64,000 nt of DNA from a virus (Duplodnaviria > Heunggongvirae > Uroviricota > Caudoviricetes), in IMG/VR virus record IMGVR_UViG_3300013307_000018, positions 80,312-144,311 of that record, one strand, 5' to 3'. The position numbers and the translations under genes were made by a program. Under the pieces are notes generated by a model, which ran no database searches, was not told the DNA's origin, and saw only the letters and a program-made list of their open reading frames with translations. Shown here in pieces: positions 27,166 to 36,544 of the stretch; within the stretch, counting starts at the first letter, position 1, and every line of letters begins with the position of its first letter.

Positions 27166-27876
27166 TTACCAGTAAGCACTTCCCGGACGTTGATGGTCTT
27201 CGAATCCCAGCAATGAGACCGAATCCCGACGTACCGTTTTATACTCCGCAGTAGAGACAGGTGTAGTAATAAACGCGTTCGCATCTTTGTGGGTACGCAG
27301 GTCATGGCGGTTCCAGCGAAAGGCGTATTTGCCGGGCGGCAGGATTTTTCCCTCTGCCACACACAACCCTTCGTGGGACGTTACTTCCACATATCCCTGG
27401 TATTCCACTAACATGCGACGCAGGCGGCGGGTTTTCACCACCCCCTCAATAAAGAACTTGGCAACCGGTCGAGGAATGTAGGCCACGGTATCCTGACAGA
27501 ACGTGACCAACCAATGTTCATCAGACATGTCCACATCAGGTAGCAACTTCGCGCTCGGACGCACTGCGTGTTCAAAGGGCAAACCGTAAACATACCAGCC
27601 TTTGTAGTCCGGTGATTCAAAGTCGTGCGTACAGGCCTGATAGGCCAGAATACAGCCCGCCAGTGAAGTGGAGGTGGAAATACGTGGCACCGCACGGTCT
27701 TCCTCATCCAGTGTACGGCGCGTCACTGAAGGCATCATCAGACCCAGCTCGTGGTTGGTCGAGATGTGGTAGAGCCTCGGGTGAGGCATCTCCCGATGAT
27801 GGCGGACTTTTACTTCTCCCTGTTTGGACGGTGGTAACAGGGACAACCATCTTTCGATATCGGCCGGTGTGGTCAT
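27166..27876 (-). CDS. Hypothetical protein, possible ADP-ribosyltransferase-like fold
   Basis: RLYHIS ... PRISTSTSLAGCI ... LPD..SDEHWL motif order; the fold call is inference. Confidence 0.55.
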   Translation of the reverse strand: MTTPADIERWLSLLPPSKQGEVKVRHHREMPHPRLYHISTNHELGLMMPSVTRRTLDEEDRAVPRISTSTSLAGCILAYQACTHDFESPDYKGWYVYGLPFEHAVRPSAKLLPDVDMSDEHWLVTFCQDTVAYIPRPVAKFFIEGVVKTRRLRRMLVEYQGYVEVTSHEGLCVAEGKILPPGKYAFRWNRHDLRTHKDANAFITTPVSTAEYKTVRRDSVSLLGFEDHQRPGSAYW

Positions 27877-27878
27877 GG

Positions 27879-28607
27879 TTAGCGCCTTAACAGTGCTTCG
27901 ACTTTTTCCAAACGGTTAGACGGGTTAGTGATAGCAGAAATCATCCCTTCTTCAAAGTACGCCCCGATAAGCTTAGCGGCGGTGTTGGTGGCACCGTAGG
28001 CAATGTTACGGAACGGAATGAAGGCTGGGGTATCGCGCAAGGCCTGTTCCACCGACTGTACGGTCTGTCGGTAGTATTTGGTGCGGTCTTCGGTATCACG
28101 GGAAATCACCGCTGCAATCATCTGCAACGTTGACGGTGAAGCACGCAGGTTCAACCCACCATGATAGAGGGCTGAGTCAAACAGCTTCCCTAAATCGATG
28201 TAGCTGATGAACCAAGGTACGTTCCCTTTGGCGATGATTTCGTTGTAGATCGTGTACACCAGAATGTCGTTCTTCACCAGGTTAACGTTGGTCACCAGCG
28301 TCTGTCCCGGTTCAAAATGAAACTCGATGTACTCCGTGTTGTCGATAGTCACCACATTCGACCAACTCGGGTCAATCCCCATCATGGCATTGGTGAGGTT
28401 CACCGAGTATTCGCCGGTTTCCTCTAACACCAATCCCCAAATCCCCACCACGTAGGTTTCGTTCCCCACATGGGCTAACCCTTTTTCGACATAGCGAGCA
28501 GGCGTGTAAAGATTACACGCCTTTTTCACTACGAGTCGACCATCAGGCGTTTCCACGATGTTGGCTTTAACAGCGTCCGGGTTACGGACCAGGCGACTCG
28601 TATCCAT
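27879..28607 (-). CDS. rpoC: Virion RNA polymerase beta' C-terminal subunit (phiKZ gp176/SPN3US gp244 type)
   Basis: End AAKLIGAYFEEGMISAI..LEKVEALLR aligns with beta' region H (AASFQETTRVLTEAA); conserved position. Confidence 0.75.
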   Translation of the reverse strand: MDTSRLVRNPDAVKANIVETPDGRLVVKKACNLYTPARYVEKGLAHVGNETYVVGIWGLVLEETGEYSVNLTNAMMGIDPSWSNVVTIDNTEYIEFHFEPGQTLVTNVNLVKNDILVYTIYNEIIAKGNVPWFISYIDLGKLFDSALYHGGLNLRASPSTLQMIAAVISRDTEDRTKYYRQTVQSVEQALRDTPAFIPFRNIAYGATNTAAKLIGAYFEEGMISAITNPSNRLEKVEALLRR

Positions 28608-28615
28608 AAGACCCC

Positions 28616-30106
28616 TTACGCCGCCGCGACAGCAGGCGCTGACGTTACACGAATCTGATTAGACACGTACTGGCTTACGTAATCACGAATCGCCACGTAG
28701 GCCGCTTCCTGTGGACTCAGAGACGTATCGGCATCCATCAGGTCATCGATGGTTTCCAGGAAGTGCAGTGCAGTGGGTTTATGGAACACACCCAGTGCCA
28801 GCAGTTCACGCGCCGTGCGATAGACGTCCAGGTTACCCCAGTCACGCATGTCGGTGATACGGTTCGACAACGCCTCTTGCAGTTTCTCACGTTCCACGCC
28901 AACCGGGAGCTGGTCATCAGTGGCTTCGCCCAGGGCTAACATCAGTGCACCGGCAAAGGCATTACGAATCGCATCATCAGCCCGGGCCGCGACTTCACGG
29001 GACAGGATTTTCTCGTAGCGTTGGTACGCCAGCGCATACGCATCTTTCTTGGCTGTCAGGTCTGAGGCTGACACCGGTGGCGCTGAGTCACCCCCAAACA
29101 ACGCACCAATCAATACTTCTGGTGAACCGCCTTCTTTCAGCCATTCGTTATAGGCATTGCCCAACACCACGATTTTGGCCTCGTCCTGGTTTTTCACCCA
29201 GGCGCGCTCAGACTGCGGCCAGTGCAGCACCATCAGTTTGTTTGAAATCTGACGCGCGGCAGAACGCTGGAAGATGCACAGCGCACGACCCAACTGCTGC
29301 ACCCACGTGGCCATGGTGTTCTTCCACTCGTGCCCGGTGGCATTGGTGGATTGTGGGTTGTTGTACAGGGCAGTTGCCAACAGGTAACCGGCCAACAGGT
29401 AATCTTCCGTGCCGATTTTCGCCACGATTTCCAGCTTGCCTTGCAGGTCTGAACGCAGGGCTTGTTCGTGCTCCGCAATCAGGGCGGTTGCGGTCGCTGA
29501 ACCAAACACGCGATTGTAAACTTCCTGCAACCAGCCTTCTGGTTTAGAGGCTAACCAATCACTGACCTGGTTATCCCAACCACCCATACCGGTGGACAGC
29601 ATACCGGTTAAATCGGCTTCGCTGATGTCACCCAGTGCCAGACGCTGCAGTTTATCGATTGGGGAGTTATCAAAACGACCCACGGACTCTGTCAGGGCGT
29701 CACTGAACAGGATGTCATGGATGTGGTACGGTTCGACGTAATAACGGGCCGGTGCAAAGTTCGCCAGGGCTTCTTTAACAGCCTGCTCTACTTTCGCCGT
29801 GGCCGGTGCCAGGACTTTACGGGCAAAGTTCACGGAGCTGTTCAGCGCCGCAGTAACTTCATCCACGGTTTCATCCATGACCATGTCGTGGGCTGAGCCG
29901 TCACCGAACGTGGCAGCCATGGAAGACTGCTGGGTTTCACTGATGGCTTCTTCCAGCGAAATACCGGTACGTTTGATGGTTGCCGAGGCATCCACGAGCT
30001 GATCCAGTGGCGACCCTTCAATCGTTTCCAGGCTGATGTTGGGTTTGCGTGCCAGCAGCATTGCGGTGGCCTGCTTGGCCAGTTTAGCAGTACGGTTGGT
30101 AATCAT
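28616..30106 (-). CDS. Virion head protein (phiKZ gp177-like by synteny)
   Basis: 496 aa between vRNAP genes; N-terminal SLE/IEG protease-type sites. Confidence 0.65.
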   Translation of the reverse strand: MITNRTAKLAKQATAMLLARKPNISLETIEGSPLDQLVDASATIKRTGISLEEAISETQQSSMAATFGDGSAHDMVMDETVDEVTAALNSSVNFARKVLAPATAKVEQAVKEALANFAPARYYVEPYHIHDILFSDALTESVGRFDNSPIDKLQRLALGDISEADLTGMLSTGMGGWDNQVSDWLASKPEGWLQEVYNRVFGSATATALIAEHEQALRSDLQGKLEIVAKIGTEDYLLAGYLLATALYNNPQSTNATGHEWKNTMATWVQQLGRALCIFQRSAARQISNKLMVLHWPQSERAWVKNQDEAKIVVLGNAYNEWLKEGGSPEVLIGALFGGDSAPPVSASDLTAKKDAYALAYQRYEKILSREVAARADDAIRNAFAGALMLALGEATDDQLPVGVEREKLQEALSNRITDMRDWGNLDVYRTARELLALGVFHKPTALHFLETIDDLMDADTSLSPQEAAYVAIRDYVSQYVSNQIRVTSAPAVAAA

Positions 30107-30108
30107 TT

Positions 30109-30291
30109 TTACTCACCTGCCCGGTTAGAAAGGTTAGTGACGATACGGGCAGCAACCTGCTCGTCGATTTGGTCGCGCGACAGGCTCTTAGGTGGGTAGA
30201 CGTCATCGCTGGTCACACCGTCCATAATCGTACGGGTTAATTCCACAGCGTTCGCAACCACACGACCCGCTTCAGTTTCATTACTTCTCAT
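30109..30291 (-). CDS. Small hypothetical protein (head operon)
   Basis: GAGGA RBS before ATG 30291; stop 2 nt before the next gene. Confidence 0.7.
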   Translation of the reverse strand: MRSNETEAGRVVANAVELTRTIMDGVTSDDVYPPKSLSRDQIDEQVAARIVTNLSNRAGE

Positions 30292-30353
30292 GTTCAATCC
30301 TCAATTCGTAAGAGTAAGGGTGGGGTGGGTTGCCCCACCCACACTCTCAGTGA

Positions 30354-33300
30354 CTACTTGCCACCGTAAGATTTATCGCCGTACTGAATGGTTTCGCCAC
30401 GGAATACGCGTGCCATACGATCCCCCAACACCATCAGGGTGGTGTTTGTGGTGCCGAGTTTGTTCGGAGACGTCACGATACGGTTATCGATACTGGAGTA
30501 CCCAAATATCGAATCGATGACTTTACCGGATTCGGTTTCATGAATACCGGTCATCACCCGACGTACCACCGTTTTCAGCTGATGGGCAAACACCGCTTTG
30601 TCGCCCGCACCCATGCCGTTTTTCCCGACAATATAGATACGGATGGCCAAGCTGTTTGGCTCAAGCGTGGTGCCGTCGATACGACCATAGCCTGTGACCT
30701 GTCCGGTTGGGGCTTCGCCGTTCTTCAGCTTGCGGGCCAGTGAGGCACGACGTTCATCTGAGTCCTGCACCAACATCTGCAGGGATTCAGACATGTTGTC
30801 GATGGCCCCATTGTAGATAACCTCGACTTTATCCACGACACCGGAGTATTTCGCCCGGGGTGAGTTCGCAGATAACAGACGCAGTGTACTGACGGATTGG
30901 TCATCGAACAAATCGTAATCCGCCGTCAACGGGTCTTCTATGTTGCATAAAATAGAATCCGAAGTCACTGCATCGCCTGGTTCCACCACATTGCGTACGG
31001 CCTGGTCGAACGACATAATCATCGTACGAACCTTACACGTGTTCGTGGACATGCGCTCTGACAACTCTTCTGAAATAGCACAGGAGTCATCCGTGGTGTC
31101 CACAGTTTCCATCAGCGCGACGGTCGCCAGGCACCCTTGCATCCAGCTCACACGACCCGGGTTCATGGGGTCCGGTTTAAAGAAGCCCGTGTTGTAAGCC
31201 ACCGCTGCCCCGCGTTTAAAGCTATCACCCGTTTTGAGATGGGTCACGACTTTGTGCGGTACGGTTGCCCCGGCAGAGACCCCGTGGATTGTCCCGATAC
31301 GAACCGATTCATCCGGCAAGTTAGTGCCCGGGTAGCTGACCAGTACGTGCTCTTTGTCCCGCTTCACCACCACGCCATCGGCTTTCGCCGTGTGACAGAA
31401 CGTATCATCCACACGGTGTGGGATAATCTGCTCATAGCCGGTTAGCAGTGGCGAGATTTGGTAGCCTTGTGCTGAGATGGTTGATGAGTTCTGAATGTTA
31501 ATAAAGTTAACACGTTTCGGGTCATCGTTGGTGGCACCTGGCGACAACAGTGCCGAGGTCGACAACTGACGCGTCACGCCGTCTTCATTTTCATCGAACT
31601 GACCTACCGTACCGTACAGGCTGGTGAACTTCGGGTTGGCCGACAGATAGGTGTTAACCGCCACGTCCGAGTTATCCACGGTCGCTTCAGAAATCACCCC
31701 ACGGTCGTTGGGATGGAACACACGGGTGCGTTTCGCCATGGTACGACCACTACGTCCACCGGTGCCGTTAAACGTCACCGCCTCTTTCTCTTTCAGGTTG
31801 TGAACCGGGTTCGAGTCGTTAACCAGAATCTGCGCCGAGTCATTTTGAATCGCCTGAAACACTGAGGTGTGGGGAATCGCAATGGCAGCACGACTGGAGA
31901 CCGGGTTGGAGTAATAGGATTTAAACCCACGCACCAACTCGTTATACACAGCGCCTGCAAAACGTTCATAGCCACGTTCCAGCTGGAATTTGTGGTCGGT
32001 TTCATCCGGGGAATCATCCGTCATCAACATCTCACAGGCACGCAGTAACAGACCGTCAAAGTTGGTCGGTTCCTTTTGCATGATGAGCAGGTCTTTGGTG
32101 ATATGATCCACAAACAGCTGACGCACGGTATCGAGTTCACGCATGTACTTGTGACCCAGTCCCAATCCCGAGAGTACGTTACCGTAGACTTCCGGGTTAT
32201 CAAAGCTCAGCACCGAATAGGCAGAGAGTTGTTTGGTGAACTGTTTCAGGCCCGCTAAGACCTGGGTCGCCAGACGGTTGTCCCGGTTAAAGATTAAAGT
32301 TTCATCACTAAAGCGCAATGGCCATTCATCTTTCTCCAGGTTCATCTGCGTACCACGTGGGACACGACGGGGTTCCACGTCCAACAGACGACAGAGTTTC
32401 CCCAGCCCGTAGTAATAGGCCAGAATGAACCCAAGACTGATAGGCTTACCAGAGACTTTCATCTCGCAGTACTCAATCGGGGCTTTCTCGTACTCAAACC
32501 CAAACAGGTCTTCGACATGACCCAACACCACCAGTTGCTCACCCGGACGGTTCAGATACAGCGTATCCGTCATGTCCATGGTAATGATGGCGTGAGAATC
32601 AGTGCTGCTGCCGTTAGAGGCACGGCCCACTACCACCACACCGTCGGTCTCGTATTGGGTAATGATGTCCTGGGTGAAATGCTCAATCCGTGATTCGTAG
32701 TCCCAGAAGAAACTAAAGCCCGTCATGCCGTCTTCACGGTTATCCGCAGCAGCGTTATAGGTGAACCCACCGTACTGCTGGGAAATCGCCGTGTAGGCCC
32801 GAGGGAGCTTATAGGCGGTATAGAAGTGTGACCCGTAAATCACCGCATCAATCCGCGTATCGTCCTGAATGATGGCCGCCTGGATTTGCGCCTTTAGCCA
32901 CTTGCCATAGTTCTGCACCACGCGTTCGCCACGGGTGACAAACAGCTTCCCGTAGTACGAGGTCAACGCCACCTGATTCGGTTTGATTTTACGAATCGGC
33001 ATATCTGCACGTTGTCGACGCAGGCGGTATTTCACGCCACCTGACACATACACGCCGTTGGGTTGCACCACTGGCAATGAGAACTTAAACGTCGACGGTT
33101 GACCGGCCACTGGAGTCAGTTTGATGGTGTACTGGTCTGTGGACCCCATGACGTCATGCACACGCTGGACTTTATAGTCAGTGACCGCAATGCCCATTTT
33201 CTGGATTTGCAACACCATCTGTGCCACGTTACGGGGCAACAGATTCTGGATATAGCGTTTGTCGTAATCCACCAGGGTGGACTTCAACATCGACTTGTCA

Positions 33301-34856
33301 ACGATGGTGTCCGAGTCAGGCAGTTCGGTTTCAATCAAATCCGTAATCATGGCCGGTTGGATTTCAGCCATCTCTTTCAATGACCCAGTACCAATCGGGT
33401 TAGGGATACGTTCATAGGACGTTGCCAGGCGCTGAAAGCGACGGAACTCAGCGCCGGTTAGCAACCCGACTTCTGTCAGGCGATGGGCACGATTCACCAC
33501 ACCGGCACTGTAGTCTTCGAAGTTGTTACGCTCCGGGACATACCGGGGGTCCGGGACCTGACCAATCGAGGCCCAGGCATTCTCCGACAGTGACCGTGAC
33601 TCATCAGCTTCCACGTCATCGTTGCCAATCGAGGCAATGACTTGTTCAGCCAGCTCCGGGATTTCATCGTCCGGGTCATCTTCACTGAAGGTTACCGTGG
33701 TGTCATCGTCTGGCGAAACCAGGGTACCGTCATCCAGACCCGATGGTGGTTCGCCAGCAACGTCGGTGGTTTGTTTACCCACCAGTTGCACCAGCTGTGG
33801 TTCACCCAACACTTTATCCGTGGATTTGTTTTTGAGTTTAACCGCCTGGTCAACGACTTCTTCTGCCACTTCATCTTCTGGGTTAGCCACCGCTAACACA
33901 TCGGCTTCTTGTGGTGGGTTTTGCGGGACGTCTTCTATCACGGTACTGGACGCGGCGACAGAACGGGCTTTCAGGATGTTGTTCACAAACTGATGGAACC
34001 GGGTCTGCAGCACGTGACCGGTCTTACCGTTGGTGGCTGCTTTCTCGGCTTCGGCGCGCTCTTCAGCAGACATCGCTGCCAGTTCTTCTTTCCCAGACCG
34101 ACGCCATTTGTTCAGCATCCCCAGGTTTACCACACACCACATGCCTGATTCCAGGAACACCAGGTTCAGGCGCTCCAGGGTGGTTTCGGTAAGCACCGCC
34201 ATACGGGAACGGTCCCGGTCTTCCCCTAACCACTGCCACAAATCAAACAGGTTCAGCGCATCCGGTGAGTTAAACGCTTCCAGTGACGTCCGGTTAACCG
34301 CAGAGTTCAGTTTGTTGAATTCTGCCCGGGTAGGAATACGGGTCGGTAATTGCATAAACACAAACTGCTGGCGTTGCGACTGCTGACCCCACTCTTCGAC
34401 GTTGTGCCACAGGGTATCACGGACGTTGTACCACGCATGGTAACTGGCCAGGGCATTGGCCCGGTAGCGCCACATCTGCGGCAGCATGGCATAGTTACGC
34501 ACGATAATGTTTTTGGCGTCACGGCCTGCGGTGTCCAGGTTATTCAGTGGGCGAAAACGACGGTGGGTTTTACGGTAATCCCGAATCATCACTTGTGGGT
34601 AGTGATTCTGGTTACGCAGGGGGTTTCCCTCCTGCGCGGTCATTTCCGTGATGTGGTCAATAAAGATTTGACCGTCTGCTTTAATGACCCAGAAGTCATT
34701 CAGGGACGGTCCTAACCGGTAGTCGTCCATGGGGTAGTAGTGCAGAATCGACTCACGCGGAGCTTCAAACAGATTCAGGGCGCTGAGGCGTGGTGCAACC
34801 AGTTGGTCAAACCGGAGGACACCACGCTGGCGGTAGAATGCGGGATAAAGAATCAT
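30354..34856 (-). CDS. rpoB: Virion RNA polymerase beta N-terminal subunit (phiKZ gp178 type)
   Basis: 1500 aa; RRQRADMPIRK, GTGGRSGR, GVISEATVDNSDV, DDPKRVNFINIQ, TDDSCAIS, GMGAGDKAVFAHQLK, SIDNRIV beta motifs. Confidence 0.95.
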   Translation of the reverse strand: MILYPAFYRQRGVLRFDQLVAPRLSALNLFEAPRESILHYYPMDDYRLGPSLNDFWVIKADGQIFIDHITEMTAQEGNPLRNQNHYPQVMIRDYRKTHRRFRPLNNLDTAGRDAKNIIVRNYAMLPQMWRYRANALASYHAWYNVRDTLWHNVEEWGQQSQRQQFVFMQLPTRIPTRAEFNKLNSAVNRTSLEAFNSPDALNLFDLWQWLGEDRDRSRMAVLTETTLERLNLVFLESGMWCVVNLGMLNKWRRSGKEELAAMSAEERAEAEKAATNGKTGHVLQTRFHQFVNNILKARSVAASSTVIEDVPQNPPQEADVLAVANPEDEVAEEVVDQAVKLKNKSTDKVLGEPQLVQLVGKQTTDVAGEPPSGLDDGTLVSPDDDTTVTFSEDDPDDEIPELAEQVIASIGNDDVEADESRSLSENAWASIGQVPDPRYVPERNNFEDYSAGVVNRAHRLTEVGLLTGAEFRRFQRLATSYERIPNPIGTGSLKEMAEIQPAMITDLIETELPDSDTIVDKSMLKSTLVDYDKRYIQNLLPRNVAQMVLQIQKMGIAVTDYKVQRVHDVMGSTDQYTIKLTPVAGQPSTFKFSLPVVQPNGVYVSGGVKYRLRRQRADMPIRKIKPNQVALTSYYGKLFVTRGERVVQNYGKWLKAQIQAAIIQDDTRIDAVIYGSHFYTAYKLPRAYTAISQQYGGFTYNAAADNREDGMTGFSFFWDYESRIEHFTQDIITQYETDGVVVVGRASNGSSTDSHAIITMDMTDTLYLNRPGEQLVVLGHVEDLFGFEYEKAPIEYCEMKVSGKPISLGFILAYYYGLGKLCRLLDVEPRRVPRGTQMNLEKDEWPLRFSDETLIFNRDNRLATQVLAGLKQFTKQLSAYSVLSFDNPEVYGNVLSGLGLGHKYMRELDTVRQLFVDHITKDLLIMQKEPTNFDGLLLRACEMLMTDDSPDETDHKFQLERGYERFAGAVYNELVRGFKSYYSNPVSSRAAIAIPHTSVFQAIQNDSAQILVNDSNPVHNLKEKEAVTFNGTGGRSGRTMAKRTRVFHPNDRGVISEATVDNSDVAVNTYLSANPKFTSLYGTVGQFDENEDGVTRQLSTSALLSPGATNDDPKRVNFINIQNSSTISAQGYQISPLLTGYEQIIPHRVDDTFCHTAKADGVVVKRDKEHVLVSYPGTNLPDESVRIGTIHGVSAGATVPHKVVTHLKTGDSFKRGAAVAYNTGFFKPDPMNPGRVSWMQGCLATVALMETVDTTDDSCAISEELSERMSTNTCKVRTMIMSFDQAVRNVVEPGDAVTSDSILCNIEDPLTADYDLFDDQSVSTLRLLSANSPRAKYSGVVDKVEVIYNGAIDNMSESLQMLVQDSDERRASLARKLKNGEAPTGQVTGYGRIDGTTLEPNSLAIRIYIVGKNGMGAGDKAVFAHQLKTVVRRVMTGIHETESGKVIDSIFGYSSIDNRIVTSPNKLGTTNTTLMVLGDRMARVFRGETIQYGDKSYGGK

Positions 34857-34858
34857 GG

Positions 34859-36484
34859 CTAGTTAGCACCTGTAATGTTGTGGAGTACCAGCTCTACCGC
34901 TGGCAAGTCCAGGTTCGGTAGGAGATGGCCGTTACCGTCAACCCAGGCTCGTTTCATCCCCAGATAGTCTTCGCACTCGGCGGTGGCTTCTGGACTGTAG
35001 ACGGCGGTGACTGAGCCGGTATCCCCATCAAAGTCAGCCCCTAACCCAGCCAGCATAATCAAATGCGGGACCATGGTGTCGTTCCAGTTGTCGGAAGGAT
35101 TGGACGACGGGAATTCTAACGCGGCGTACTCGTCGCTCATGGGTTGCCAGTCGGCATCCAACGGCAGCTTACGGGTGGCGTTATCCGTGGTCAAGGCATA
35201 GAGGTGTGACGGGTAGATAGACCCGGCACCGGTCACCGGATAGCGGGTGATAAAGCCGTAGATTTTCTCCAGGCGTTTATGGCAACTGATGTACAGCAAT
35301 TGCGCCAGTGTCAGAGGCGACACGTTGTCGCGGGAGTAGTGTTCGGGCAATTCGTTAATATCATTAAATATCCTGAATCGGTATTTATCGACATACACTA
35401 ACCCCAGGTAATGTCCCTCGATTTTCACGGCTTTATTACGGCTACCCGGCTTTTCGAAACTGGTGATGATTTTCTCCAGACCTTCCATGGTATCCCATCG
35501 GTCTAACGAGTCCACGGTTAAATCCACCGGCACGGCTTCCCAGGTTTCCGCGTCGGTCAGCATCACCGTAGAGCTTCCGGAGAACACCTGCGACAACCAG
35601 CCGTTCTTTAACTCAAACTGGGTGACTGGCAAGGTTGCTTTCATTAACTGATAAAAGCCGAGTTGGGTCTGGGTCGGTTTTACCGCTCGTTCGTCCCCGA
35701 GTACCGCACAACTCGTGTCCATGGCTGACAACACGTTTCGGGTGCCGTTGAACACCGAGCGCCGTGCCCACTTCGCCTGGATGAGACCCTTCTTACCGGA
35801 AATCATGTTTTCCAGGTAATCGTAGATGGCGTTAAACGCAATCTGTGCTGACTTACGGGACGTATCGAAAATCGGGTCTTCTTTGGTGCCTGATACCCCT
35901 TTGAATACGTTGGAGATACTCAGCAAGGTACGGTAGTAGTCGTTGATTTCATCCTGCGCAATCCGCGACCCTTCCTGGATTTCAATATCACGCAGACCGG
36001 CTGGAATCACCAGGATGTTATCGGTCAGGGCTTCTTTACGGAATTTGTTCAGCATGTTAACGCGCAGCGTACGGGTCTCTGAGCGGTTGGTGACAAACTC
36101 CATCTCCATGTAGTGTTCCATAAAGAACGCATAACCAGTACGGCCGTCAATCGGGTTACTGGGTACGAAGTCATGGGCTTCTGCATCCCAGGTGGCAAAT
36201 CGTGTGCCAAGCATGATATCTCGGTAGAGGGACTTCAGTCGACCGAGTGTGCGAAAAATCAGAGGATGGAGGATGGTGGCACCCAGTGGGATATACGAGA
36301 ACGTCGTGTCCCGGGATTCATCCCCCATACGGCCGTAAATTTCAGTTGAGAACAAACCCTCAGGGTGGGGAATTTGGGTACTGCCTTCGAAGATATCCTG
36401 AGTGGTTGTGGGTCTCAAAAAACGCAGCGTTTCTTTCGTTAAAGAAAGAAGCCACACGTTAAACGGTTGCATTGCGGCCGCCAT
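34859..36484 (-). CDS. rpoC: Virion RNA polymerase beta' N-terminal (catalytic) subunit (phiKZ gp180 type)
   Basis: HPEGLFSTEIYG, GKKGLIQAKWARRSVFNGTRNV, ITRYPV and catalytic GADFDGD. Confidence 0.95.
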   Translation of the reverse strand: MAAAMQPFNVWLLSLTKETLRFLRPTTTQDIFEGSTQIPHPEGLFSTEIYGRMGDESRDTTFSYIPLGATILHPLIFRTLGRLKSLYRDIMLGTRFATWDAEAHDFVPSNPIDGRTGYAFFMEHYMEMEFVTNRSETRTLRVNMLNKFRKEALTDNILVIPAGLRDIEIQEGSRIAQDEINDYYRTLLSISNVFKGVSGTKEDPIFDTSRKSAQIAFNAIYDYLENMISGKKGLIQAKWARRSVFNGTRNVLSAMDTSCAVLGDERAVKPTQTQLGFYQLMKATLPVTQFELKNGWLSQVFSGSSTVMLTDAETWEAVPVDLTVDSLDRWDTMEGLEKIITSFEKPGSRNKAVKIEGHYLGLVYVDKYRFRIFNDINELPEHYSRDNVSPLTLAQLLYISCHKRLEKIYGFITRYPVTGAGSIYPSHLYALTTDNATRKLPLDADWQPMSDEYAALEFPSSNPSDNWNDTMVPHLIMLAGLGADFDGDTGSVTAVYSPEATAECEDYLGMKRAWVDGNGHLLPNLDLPAVELVLHNITGAN

Positions 36485-36544
36485 ATCGGTCTAGCCTCCT
36501 GTAATTTATAGTTTAGTCATTCTAACAATGGGGTGTAACCCACC

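Noticed and set aside
30354-36484. Intein or intron in the RNAP subunits or terminase
   Set aside because: Lengths match uninterrupted homologues; no C...HN splice motifs or LAGLIDADG/HNH domains; the acidic stretch in beta looks like a linker
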